Assembly: GCA_964291625.2 (NCBI GenBank)
Contig: OZ220089.1
Span: forward strand, 1,280,001 to 1,344,000
DNA: 64,000 nt
Direction: 5' to 3'
DNA from: Candidatus Latescibacterota bacterium
GTDB taxonomy: Bacteria > Latescibacterota > UBA2968 > UBA8231
How positions within the stretch are numbered: the stretch's first letter is position 1; each line of letters begins with the position of its first letter. The notes beneath the pieces are model-generated. The model had not been told where the DNA came from. It searched no databases and was given only the letters and a program-made list of their open reading frames with translations. Made by a program: the position numbers and the translations under genes. Below, one piece after another: positions 1 through 10,000 of this stretch.

Positions 1-1
1 T

Positions 2-979
2 TCCGATTTGCCCGACGGGAGATCCGGCATCTACGCCTGCTCTTCCGGCGACCGGGGGCAGACCTGGAGCGAGCCGCAACAGCGGCTTTCAGGACCGGAT
101 GCGCGATTCTCGGCACCCGCCGGCGAATGGGTGGGAATAGCCAGCTTCATGCGACGGGAGAACGGCCAGCTGATGATGGCCTATGTATGGAGTGTGGGTC
201 GTCCCGACCCATGCGGACACTCGTATTACCGGTTCTCGGATGATGAGGGAGAGACCTGGAGCGAGGCGAGAGTGTTGACGCCCGGCAGAGAACGGATCTG
301 CCAGATGCACAACGCGAAGCTGCTGCGCCTCTCCACCGGTCGCATCCTCGCTCCGGCCGAGTTGAGGGTCGATATCGGGCTGGACAGCGATCACCGCGGA
401 TTCGTGAGTACGGCCTGGTACTCCGATGACGATGGTCATACCTGGCATCGTAGTGACAACGACGTCAGCATGTTGGAGCAGGGCATAGAAGCCCAGGAGC
501 CTCACCTCGTCGAGCTGCGGGACGGGCGAGTGATGATGCTGTTCCGGACTTACAGTGGGTATGTGGGGCGGGCCGATTCACGGGATCGGGGCCAGACCTG
601 GTCGAAAGGTGAGATCATGGAGGAACTGGAGCTTCCCATGAACAGCTCTGCGCTCCACGTGAGTCGTATCCCGTCGACCGGCGATCTACTGCTGGTGCGT
701 TCTACCGGGAACGGCGGCGAGGAGGCCGGGGAGAGGCCTCGCGTGTACAACAGAGCAGATGGAAACAGGTATCACATTCGCACGCCGCTCACCTCCGTCA
801 TCAGCCGCGATGAGGGGGAAACATGGGAGAACGAGAGAGTCATCGCGGGCGATCCTTACGGGGATTTCGGTTATCCCAGCGTCCTGCACCTGGATGACCT
901 CACGCTCGTGAGCTACCACGCCCTGGACGGCCTGCATGTCGCCCGCATCCAGCCCGGTTGGTTCTACGAGCAGCGTTGA
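2..979 (+). CDS. BNR/Asp-box sialidase-family protein (5' partial)
   Basis: Five Asp-boxes (SGDRGQTWS, SDDEGETWS, SDDDGHTW, SRDRGQTWS, SRDEGETWE), QEPHLVEL and GYPS motifs; frame open to window edge. Confidence 0.85.
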   Translation, partial: SDLPDGRSGIYACSSGDRGQTWSEPQQRLSGPDARFSAPAGEWVGIASFMRRENGQLMMAYVWSVGRPDPCGHSYYRFSDDEGETWSEARVLTPGRERICQMHNAKLLRLSTGRILAPAELRVDIGLDSDHRGFVSTAWYSDDDGHTWHRSDNDVSMLEQGIEAQEPHLVELRDGRVMMLFRTYSGYVGRADSRDRGQTWSKGEIMEELELPMNSSALHVSRIPSTGDLLLVRSTGNGGEEAGERPRVYNRADGNRYHIRTPLTSVISRDEGETWENERVIAGDPYGDFGYPSVLHLDDLTLVSYHALDGLHVARIQPGWFYEQR

Positions 980-1020
980 GAGGGCAACCGCCCGCCTCGC
1001 CCCGGTTCCGGCCTGCGCTC

Positions 1021-1085
1021 GCCCCGGGCGAGGGAGCGCACCAGCTCCCTCCCCTCCCGGAACGGGGAACTCCGGCCCAGCGCCC
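1021..1085 (-). pseudogene. Degenerate remnant of the FAD-oxidoreductase 3' end
   Basis: Translates GRSSP-FREGRELVRSLA, matching GRSSLFRYLHLHDLFREGRELVRCLS of 25034..26422 with an internal deletion. Confidence 0.55.
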
Positions 1086-1235
1086 GGCGTCGTCCCTCCG
1101 AAGCACAGCCGCACCCACTGTGTAGTTTCCGCCTGGCTTGCCTTCTCGACCCGCCTCCGGCGCCGGAACGGGATGCGAAGGCAATCTCAAGAACCGTCAT
1201 CTCAACAGAGGATCAGCATGGACAGGAGGAGATAG

Positions 1236-1898
1236 ATGAGCAGCGGACTGAACGGAGGAACGGTACGCTTCCAGGACAATGAGTTCGACAGCTTCCACGA
1301 AGCCACCTGTGCTGCCCTGTTCAACAAGTACGGCTGGCAATGGGAGCAGCCGAGGCGTCCGCTGAACGGATGGCGGCCGGATTTCGCTCTCAAGGGCGAC
1401 ACCCCCGTATACGTTGAGTGCAAGGGTGGTCTTAGATGGGAAGACGTTCCCTGTTTCCAGGAACTAGTGAGATATGAGGATGCGGTTGTCGGAACTTCTG
1501 GCGAGGTCCTACTGATTCCTGAATCCCCACGGCAGGTACAGAATCCCAGAGGATACGATGTCAGCGTTCTGGGCTTTCTCTATGACGGAGAGAAGTGGTC
1601 ATACGCGGAAGTCGGGAGGTGGTCGGGAAGGGTAGGTTTCTGCCACAGCGCCAATAGCTGGAAAGATCGAATGTCAGGTGAGGATGTCGGAAAGTCATCA
1701 GGAGATGGCAGGTATCCCGACATCCATTCGGACTGGCAACTTGCTCAGCACATAGCCAGGGGCAAGAGGGTTTCCCTCTTCCAGGGGTTCAGCAATTCAG
1801 AGACAGAGACCTGGGAATCCTTAGAAGCCCAACCCCGTAGGCAGCGCCTCACCTCCGCGGCCCTGGTGGAGAACGGGGCAACACCAACGGCTTCCTGA
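1236..1898 (+). CDS. PD-(D/E)XK nuclease-like hypothetical protein
   Basis: WRPDFALK...VYVECKG motif; GGAGGAG RBS upstream. Confidence 0.65.
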   Translation: MSSGLNGGTVRFQDNEFDSFHEATCAALFNKYGWQWEQPRRPLNGWRPDFALKGDTPVYVECKGGLRWEDVPCFQELVRYEDAVVGTSGEVLLIPESPRQVQNPRGYDVSVLGFLYDGEKWSYAEVGRWSGRVGFCHSANSWKDRMSGEDVGKSSGDGRYPDIHSDWQLAQHIARGKRVSLFQGFSNSETETWESLEAQPRRQRLTSAALVENGATPTAS

Positions 1899-1943
1899 CG
1901 GGAACCTCAGAGTCCTCCAACCTCAACCAGAAGAAGGTAGTCG

Positions 1944-2384
1944 ATGGGCTTGTTGGTCAGTGATGAGCTGACGGACGGACAGTTGGAGGAACTGATGGAA
2001 CTGTACAAGGGCGAGTGGTGGTCCAGTTCACGTACACGGCCTGATGTCCAACGGATGCTTCACAGCAGCGACGTACTCTTCGTAGTCACGGAGGAAAGCG
2101 CCGGGAATCTACTGGGGTTCGCCCGTGTTCTGACCGATGACGTGTACTATGCTCTCGTTCTCGATGTGATTGTCGACAGGGGGCACCGTGGTAAGGGTGT
2201 CGGGAGATTCTTGATGGATGCGGTCGTCTCTCACCCGCGTCTCCTTGCCGTTCGGAGTATCGAACTCGTCTGTCAGCCGGAACTCGTCCAGTTCTATCAG
2301 AAGTGGAAGTTCACTGATGCCGTTGGTCGATCTCTGCTGATGAGACGGACTGACGACAGCCTGCTTGCCAGCCCCGGACGTTGA
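1944..2384 (+). CDS. GNAT family N-acetyltransferase
   Basis: LLGFARVLTD...DVIVDRGHRGKGVGRFLM acetyl-CoA motif. Confidence 0.9.
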   Translation: MGLLVSDELTDGQLEELMELYKGEWWSSSRTRPDVQRMLHSSDVLFVVTEESAGNLLGFARVLTDDVYYALVLDVIVDRGHRGKGVGRFLMDAVVSHPRLLAVRSIELVCQPELVQFYQKWKFTDAVGRSLLMRRTDDSLLASPGR

Positions 2385-2405
2385 CAGCCAGGGACGATCC
2401 GCTTC

Positions 2406-2954
2406 TCAGAGGAAGATATCCCGCACCGGAAGGGTCCAGTCAGGCACGACCTCCCCGCCTTCGAGTACGTCGTCGATGGTCAGGACTCGGACGTCCTCGT
2501 GCGAGCGGTACAGGGTTACCGTCTGGTCTTCCGGATCGACCACCAGGACCAGGCGGGTTCCGGCGTCGAGCCAGTCGGCGATCTTTTCCTCTACCTCCCC
2601 GGAGGTCTCACCGGGTGAGAGGACCTCGGCCGCAAGGTCGGGTGCACCCGGCCAGAAGCCTCCGGTCTCGCCCACAGCATCCACCCGTTCCCGCCGGACG
2701 AAGGCAACGTCCGGGGCCCGCACCACGTCGGGGTCCGAGGCCAGCTTGAAGCCGGTTTCAGCAGCGTATACGGCACCGAGTTGATTCGCCCGGACGAACT
2801 GGTCCAGGGGGGTGGTGAGATTGAGCGCGATTCTGCCGTGTCGGTGGCCGGCGGGGCTCATCTTTCTCAACTCTCCCCGGACGAGTTCGTAGCGAAAGCC
2901 ATCGTCCTTCATCAGCAACAACTCGTCGGCGGTGACCAAGGCGGCGGTCGTCAT
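2406..2954 (-). CDS. Uma2 family endonuclease
   Basis: YELVRGEL, RAPDVAFV, APDLAAEVLSP motifs; ATG at 2954 with GGAGG RBS. Confidence 0.9.
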   Translation of the reverse strand: MTTAALVTADELLLMKDDGFRYELVRGELRKMSPAGHRHGRIALNLTTPLDQFVRANQLGAVYAAETGFKLASDPDVVRAPDVAFVRRERVDAVGETGGFWPGAPDLAAEVLSPGETSGEVEEKIADWLDAGTRLVLVVDPEDQTVTLYRSHEDVRVLTIDDVLEGGEVVPDWTLPVRDIFL

Positions 2955-3004
2955 GGGAACCTCCATATGGGGCAGGCAGGGGACCTCTCTCCCTGAACTC
3001 CTAC

Positions 3005-3654
3005 TCAGGGAGTATACACGGATGAGTCCTGCCGGGATACCCGGCGGTGCCGTCTTGCAGCTCCAGCGAGGCACCCCACCAACTCCCGCCCCTCTCGGAA
3101 CAGGTCGTGGAGATGCAGGTACCGGAACAGGGAACTCCGCCCCGCCAGGTGCAGGTTCTCGAAGCTCCGGAAGTAGTCGACGAGCAGCTCCACGCGGCCG
3201 GCGAGCTCCGCCTCCAGCACGGGATAGGCGAAGGGCAGCTTGAGCACCGCGAAGCTCAGGACCTCTCCCTCCTCGATCGGCTGCACCCTCTGCAGGGCCC
3301 GCCAGGCCCGGCGGCGCAGCTCCCCGTCGGGCAGGCTCCACAGCGGGTCCTCCGGGAAGCAGGGCATCTCGAGGACGATCGCCGTCCGGCCCTCGGGGGC
3401 CATGTGCCGGCTGCGGTTCCTGGGCTCGTAGAGGCGGGTGAAGGGGAACTCCTCCCCCGGGAAGTAGAGGGAGGCGTTCGGCGTGAAGGAGGGCCGGTCC
3501 AAGGCGAAGACGCACAGCACCAGGTGCCGGTAGCGCACGGCCTCGGCCGCGGCCAGCACCTCGGGAGGCGGCGGCGGATCGAGGATCGTCGCCGAGAGCG
3601 TCAGGGGCAGGGTGTTGACCACGGTGGAGACCTCGACCTCCTCGCGGCTGTTGA
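3005..3654 (-). pseudogene. 5'-truncated FAD-dependent oxidoreductase (C-terminal half of the 25034..26422 paralog)
   Basis: Near-identical to the C-terminal part of 25034..26422; homology stops at ~3654 where IS481 sequence begins. Confidence 0.88.
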
Positions 3655-3986
3655 TCAGGATGCCGGCGCCGCGCCCGGAGAATCAGCTCGGCGATCACCG
3701 GTTCCAGGCGGTGGGGGGCATGGCTGCGGTCTTCAGCCTGGGCCGCCCCTGCTCGGGGTGTCGTCGAAGCCACTTGTAGCCCGTCTTCGGCTGCCGTCGT
3801 CGGCACAGCTCCGTCATCGTCAAGGGACTGGCTCGATGATCGGCAATGAATCCCTCTCCCTGCTCCACGGGTGCGGTTCCCCACCACGGCATCGACCAAC
3901 CTCCCGCTTGGGGGTCGGTCCAAGATACCGGGGCGTGTCACCCATCGACCCGGTCAGAAGTGTTACCAATCAACCCGGATTATACC
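3655..3986 (-). mobile_element. IS481-family remnant (left end plus degraded transposase N-terminus)
   Basis: MPW...MTELCRR..KTGYKWLRR..APHR..IAELILRARRRHP; tandem terminal motifs tgtcacccatcgacccgg / tgttaccaatcaacccgg at 3937-3978. Confidence 0.75.
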
Positions 3987-4049
3987 GCAGATGCCCCCTA
4001 ACAGCCAAGACCGGTGGTATCCTCACACACGGCTCTCCATCTCCTTTGT

Positions 4050-7000
4050 CTACCGGAGCATCACCATCTTCCCGACGCGGACCTGCGATCCCCCGATCAG
4101 GCGGTACAGATAGATCCCTGAGCCCGAAAAACGTCCCTGCTCGTCCCTCCCTCTCCACCGAATGGTATGCACCCCGGCCTTTAGCATCTCGCTCTCGTGG
4201 AGCTTGGCGATCATCTGTCCCGTGATGCTGTGGACCGTGAGGGTCACCGCCATCTCCTCCGGGAGGGACAGGGTGATCATGGTCTCGGCGTTGAACGGGT
4301 TGGGTGCGGCCATGACTCCGAATCCCACCGAGTCGGCCCAGTCGGCGACGGGCTTGCTGCCCGCGGATCGCTCTTCCGCGGGCACCGTGTACTCAGACAT
4401 CGAGCTTTCCCCGACGGGGTTCTTGGCTCTGAACCCATATCTGTGCGACCGGGTATTCAGGGAATTGTCGTCGGTGAACTCAGTGTGGGTCACCCAGATC
4501 GGAGCGCTCCACATAGGCCCCTGCCGCTTGTACCAGAAGTATCCAGTGATGTCCGCCCCGTTGTCCTCTGGCTCGTCCCAAGAGACGGTGACGCTGGTTG
4601 CGGAGGAGCGGCCGTGGGAGAATCCGCTTGGAGCGTCTGGTACACCCGCGGGGGTTGCGGTGTCGGTAACGTAGCCACTCGTGCCGACCGGGTTGCGAGC
4701 TCGGACCCGGAAGTGGTACAGGGACCCGTTGGTCAGCCCGGTGATGGTGACGGACGTGGAAGAGGTGTTCTCATCTGTGCTGAGCCAGGAACCTCCATCG
4801 ATCTTGTAGTTGTAGTCGTACCCCGTGATCTTGGATCCCCGGTCGTCCCCCGGAGCTTCCCATCCAAGGGTCACCTCTTCATCGCCGCGCGAGGCGTCTA
4901 CACTCCGGGGGACGGTCGGCACACCGGCGACGACGACATTGGACAGGACGCTGGCATATTGGCCTGGGCCGAAGGCGTCGGTGTAGTCTACAAACCCCTT
5001 GATTCTCTTGCCCACAGCCAGAGTCGGCGTGGAGAAGTCCAAGGAGGAGGAATTGCTTCGCTCGGACTGTGCCCGGGATGAACTCTCCGTGTCAGAAGCG
5101 TCAACGTCGTTCCATCCGAAGCTGGTCAATGACACACCATCGGGATCCGTCACCGTCAGGGTGAACCCCGTTCCGGCCTGAGGTGTGCGAGGATCAATCG
5201 TCAGGGTGCCGGGAGTGTTGACAGGCTCTATGGTGGTTGCGGATGTGCTCGCGCTGGATCCAAACCCGTCGTTGTTGTGCGCCCTGACGCTGACGTCGTA
5301 ATCCGTGTCATCGTCGAGACCGGTCAAGGTGACTGATCGGTTTGTGGTGGTATCCCTCACCCACTCGGTCTCCGAGTCCTTCTTGTAACTGTATTGGTAG
5401 TAGTCGATGGTCTCCCCGCAGTTGTCCGGGGCTTTCCATGACAACGCAATGGTGCCGCGCTCATCATCGCTGCTGTCCGCTGTAAAGCCAGGGGGCCGCT
5501 TGGGCACGTCGGAGCGGACGCCCACAGAGCGGGCTTCCGCCTCATTGCGATCAGAGTAGTTGTCTCCGTACTTCGCCGTCACACGGATCCTCTTCCCCGC
5601 CCATGTGCCATCCAAGTCCTTCGATCCAGCAAGGGTCTGACCGGAAGGCTGTGACACCGACGCGGCTTGACTGGCGCTCTCTTTCTCCCAGAAGAACCCA
5701 TACTCGAAATCATCCGGCTCGTCCTCTCCCCTCATGGTAATGCCCCCGTCCTCATCCGTAAGGATCGCGGTAACGTTACGACAGGCTTGGGGAGAGGCGG
5801 GGGAGAAACTGATGGAACCAGGGTCTGGTCCGTTCAGGACGTTGACCGTGCGTTCGATCGTGTCGGACAACTGCTCGGAGGTGACCTCGGTGATCTTGAT
5901 GTCTACATCGTATGTACTCTTGACTTCATAGTTCGGGGTGGTCCTGAACTCCAACCGACGCCGATCCGAATGCCCTTCCACGTCTGCCAGGTCGAACGAG
6001 CTTCGATCCTCCCCGAGGAGCGACCACGTGATGGCATCGCCATTGGCATCGGTGCCTCTGTAGACTCCGGCGATCACCTCGGTCGCCTCTCTCACGTCTC
6101 GCCTGGTGACCTCTGTCAGTACGGGACCCACGTTGGCCTCCGGTGGGGTCGTCGCCGACACGGAAGTCCTTGCGCCATATCCCTCGTCGTCATCGGAGCG
6201 GTTGCTGGCCCTCAACTCGAAATCATACGTCGTCTCGTGCGCCAAGCCGGTGACGGTCAAGGAGGTGGCGGAGCCGTTACGCAGGAGCTTGGTCGTCCAT
6301 GAGGACGTGCCCTGCCGACGGTATCGATACTCGTATCGGGTGAGAGCCTTCCCGCAATCATCCGCAGCCGTCCATGACAGCCGAACCCGGTTCTGTCCGG
6401 TCGTCGCCGTCAGTGCCGTCGGCTTTCTCGGCACGTTGGCCTCGATGGTGATGGATGAGCCAGCAGCCGTCTTCAACGGCCCTTGCGCGTCTTCATATTT
6501 TGCGGTCACATGGAGAGTCTTCCCAGCGTCCCGATTCTTCGGTTCGTAGACTTCCTCGACCGACACCGGAGCGGGAGCATCGCCCCCTTCCGGCGGCGAA
6601 TCTTGGATCCTCCACTGCCATCCATAGGTCTTGTCGGGCGGGGGATCGGCGAAGGAGATCCCTCCGTCCGGGTCCGTGAGAGTCGCCCTGATTCCATCGA
6701 CACAGGTCTTCGGGATGTCCGGGAAACGGATGCTCCCTGCCTCGTCCAGGTTGTTCAGATGGACAGTGACCGCCTTGGTGTCTCTGGCGTCGTGACGGTC
6801 CGAGACTCGCAGCTTCACGTTGTAGGTGGCCTTGTGCTCGAAGTCCGGGGCCGAGTCGAAGGAGAGGGTCCGGGAAACCCGCCGATCCGTATCGTCATCG
6901 TCGTCGGGGTCGGCGAGATCGAACAAGGCCGCGTCAGTGCCCGTCATCACGAGCCAGGAGACCTCGTCTCCGAGGTCTTCATCCGACCCGATGTAGGTAT

Positions 7001-10000
7001 CCAGGATTCCCGTGAATCCTTCGTCCACACGCACAGATGAATCTCCACTGATGTGGGGATCCGTGTTGCTTGGCTCCGGCGGTGAAATCGCCGCCTGCAC
7101 CACCTCGGTCTCCTTGGTCAAGGAGATCCCCGTGGAGTGCTTGTCGTCGTAGAGAGCTGTCACCCGGATCTTCTTGCCCACATCGTTGCTCCCCGGAGTG
7201 AAGGTCGGCCCATGATTCGGGTCGTCAGCCTGCCTCGCGGTCCCGTCCTCCGTGGGTGGGGTGAACACCACCCAGGTCCAGTTGACGTTGCGTACTCCGT
7301 CCTCGTCTTCCACCTCCGCGGCAATCTCCTGATCGGCTCGGGGCGGGTCTACGTTTGTCAGATTGATGGAGCCGTTTGGGGGACCGGGACGGTTGTCTGG
7401 GACCACAGGAACATCCGTAGTGGCCGAGGCGGTCTCGCCTGGGGCATGCAAGTCGGTGTACGTGACCTCGGCCCGGATCCGGTATCCGATATCCTCAACC
7501 TTGGGGGTGTAATGCATGCCTCCTCTCTTCACGGTCTTCACAAAGACCCCGGCCACGGTGACTCGTTCCCATGTCCAATCGTGATCACTGAGCGGCACAT
7601 CGGGATCCTCCAGTTCAGCGTTGATCCTGAAATTGACGCGGGGCAGCTCCGTGCCCTCGGCCAGAGACAGCGTCAAGGTGCCGTCCGTGGGATCGGTCCT
7701 GGCCGCCTCTACAGCCACCGTGACGAGCTCTGCCTCAACGCCGGTGCTGTGGTCATCGTCGTAATGAGCCGTAACCCGGATCTTGTGGCCGACATCACTC
7801 AGTCCGGGAGTGTGCGTGGCCTTGAGGGTGGCTCCCTCGGCCTCTCCGTCGTGGATCACTTCAACATCGGCGTCGTCGTCTGCATCAATCCTGTGCCATG
7901 ACCACTTCAGATTTCGGTAAGGGTCTCCTTCGGTGAGGCCGGCCGTCATCTCCGTGCTCATCCTTGGGGGCTTGGAGAAGGTAAGAGAGACCGTCCCGGT
8001 GGAATTCCGGCGATACGAAAAGCTGGCGTCCAACTTGCTGGTGGTGTGTATGCGACTGGATGCGACGGCTCGAAACTGGTAGGACTCCCAGGCCTGGCCA
8101 ACGGAAGGCGGCCCACTGCTCCATGTCAGCACCCCGCTCCTGCTGATCTTGAGATGCTGGGCTACATCCCTCTCCGTGCGATTCTCGATGGACCACTTCA
8201 CCGAAGTGACAGCGTCCCCATCGCTGTCGCTAGCAGAGTAGGTGCCGATGGTGCGATCCTCCCAGTCGCTGTAGTAGAACGGCTCGGTCGTCCCCGAAAC
8301 CGTAATGGCGATGGGGGGACCGGTCGTCCTCCGATACGTGAAGGGATCGCTGTACATGTCAGGATCCCTGACCCGGCCTTCGACCCCATAGGTTCTGCTC
8401 GGGTACAGATCCCAATCGATGAGACGCCCGAGATCTCTGAAGGCGCTATACAGGCTGGCCGGGATACTCTGGCTCCTCCACCGGCCATTGGCGAATCCCG
8501 GATTCCACACCTTCAATCCATCCGAGTCCAGATAGTAGATCCTCCACTCAATGGAGGCGATGTCCGTCTCCGGGCCAATCTTCAGGCGCACAGCGCCCTT
8601 CAGATCTGTCCATGCCTCGGCATCCGGTTCGATGGTAGGAGCTGTCGGGGCCGTCGGCTCAGGGTAATCCGTGACGGTGACCAATACATCTTGAGACCAC
8701 TTCACGAGCAGGGTCCGAGTCTCAACCGCATACAGCACCCTGACTTCGTAAATGTTGTCGCATCGGGAATCGCCAGGGGGGCGGTTGCTCACGCAATTCG
8801 ACTCTCCTTCTGAATTCCGGTCCGTGGGCTTCTCGTAGTCGGGGGCGTCATCGAACGACAGGACTCGGCTGCCACTGAGGACGAAGTCATCGGCATCCTT
8901 TCCCTCCAAACTCCACGTTCCAGTAGTGGGCGTCTGGGAGTACCTGTTGTACGTGCCGATTTGGAGAACGCTATCGTCATCCTCCCTCAGGCTCTTTGCG
9001 TTCGGCCCCGTCACCATGCCGCAGTTTTCGAAGGAGACGGTGCCGTTGTACAGTACCTTTCCGCCACTCTTGAACATGCACAGAGAGCCGGACTTGAAGG
9101 TAGCCCCGTTGACGAACTTCAAGTTGCCCTTGACGACCAGGCCTCTCCACACCGCCTCGTTGGTTGGGCTCTCAGGGCCCATGGTGGTCCCATTGAGGGT
9201 CATGGAAGACCCGTTCTGCACGAAGACCTCCACGCGGTCGGTATGACTTCCGGAGTTGCTCGCGTCCGACTTGGAGGCAACGACCCACTCGGAGCCAGGG
9301 TCCACCACCAGGGTGGCAGCCGGCCGGTCCGCATCAACGGTGATCGAGCCGTCCCCAACAGAGATGTCTCCGTTGATCTCTATCTCGCCCTTCATGGTGT
9401 GCGTACCCTCGTAGAGGGTCAGGCCATCAATCGTGGCCCGGCCACCAGCCTTCACGATCAGGCCATGACTCTCGATGCCGCCCTTGACTCGGTCTCCATC
9501 ATCATTCGTGTACTCCTCCTGGGTAGATCGGAAGGTCACACCCTGACCGATTGCCAGGCGCCCTTCATCCTCGACGACGAAGTCAGACCGGGAGTTGGTG
9601 TCAGGACTCTTGGGATTCAGAAAGTAGACGGTCGAATTGTCAGCGATCGTCAGCACCTCGTCGGCCCCGATGACCACGTCATCCCCGACGTAGATGTCCC
9701 CCGATAACTCGACGCTCGCCACCAGATCGCCACCGAGGTAATTCTTGTAGACGTTGGCTACCGCATGGCCGGACTCTTCGACTCTCACGATGTGGATGTT
9801 GCGTACCGCCAGATATGTGGGGGCGTCCTCGGTGGTGGTTGAGCCGATGTTCCTCTTCAGGAAATGCGAGGCATCCGATGCCCAGTCGGGAGTTCTCCGG
9901 TGAGCTGGATCCCTCAGAGAGAGGTTCGTCGGCAGACTGCCGGGGTTGTCTTGGTAGTACTTCATGGTGGCAATGGTCGTTCTCAGTCCGTTCGGATTGC

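Larger units (their letters stand above)
1503..3654. repeat. Left copy of ~2.2-kb diverged direct repeat
   Basis: Collinear with 23440-25683 (nuclease 3' part, GNAT, Uma2, oxidoreductase 3' part), with long identical stretches. Confidence 0.92.
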
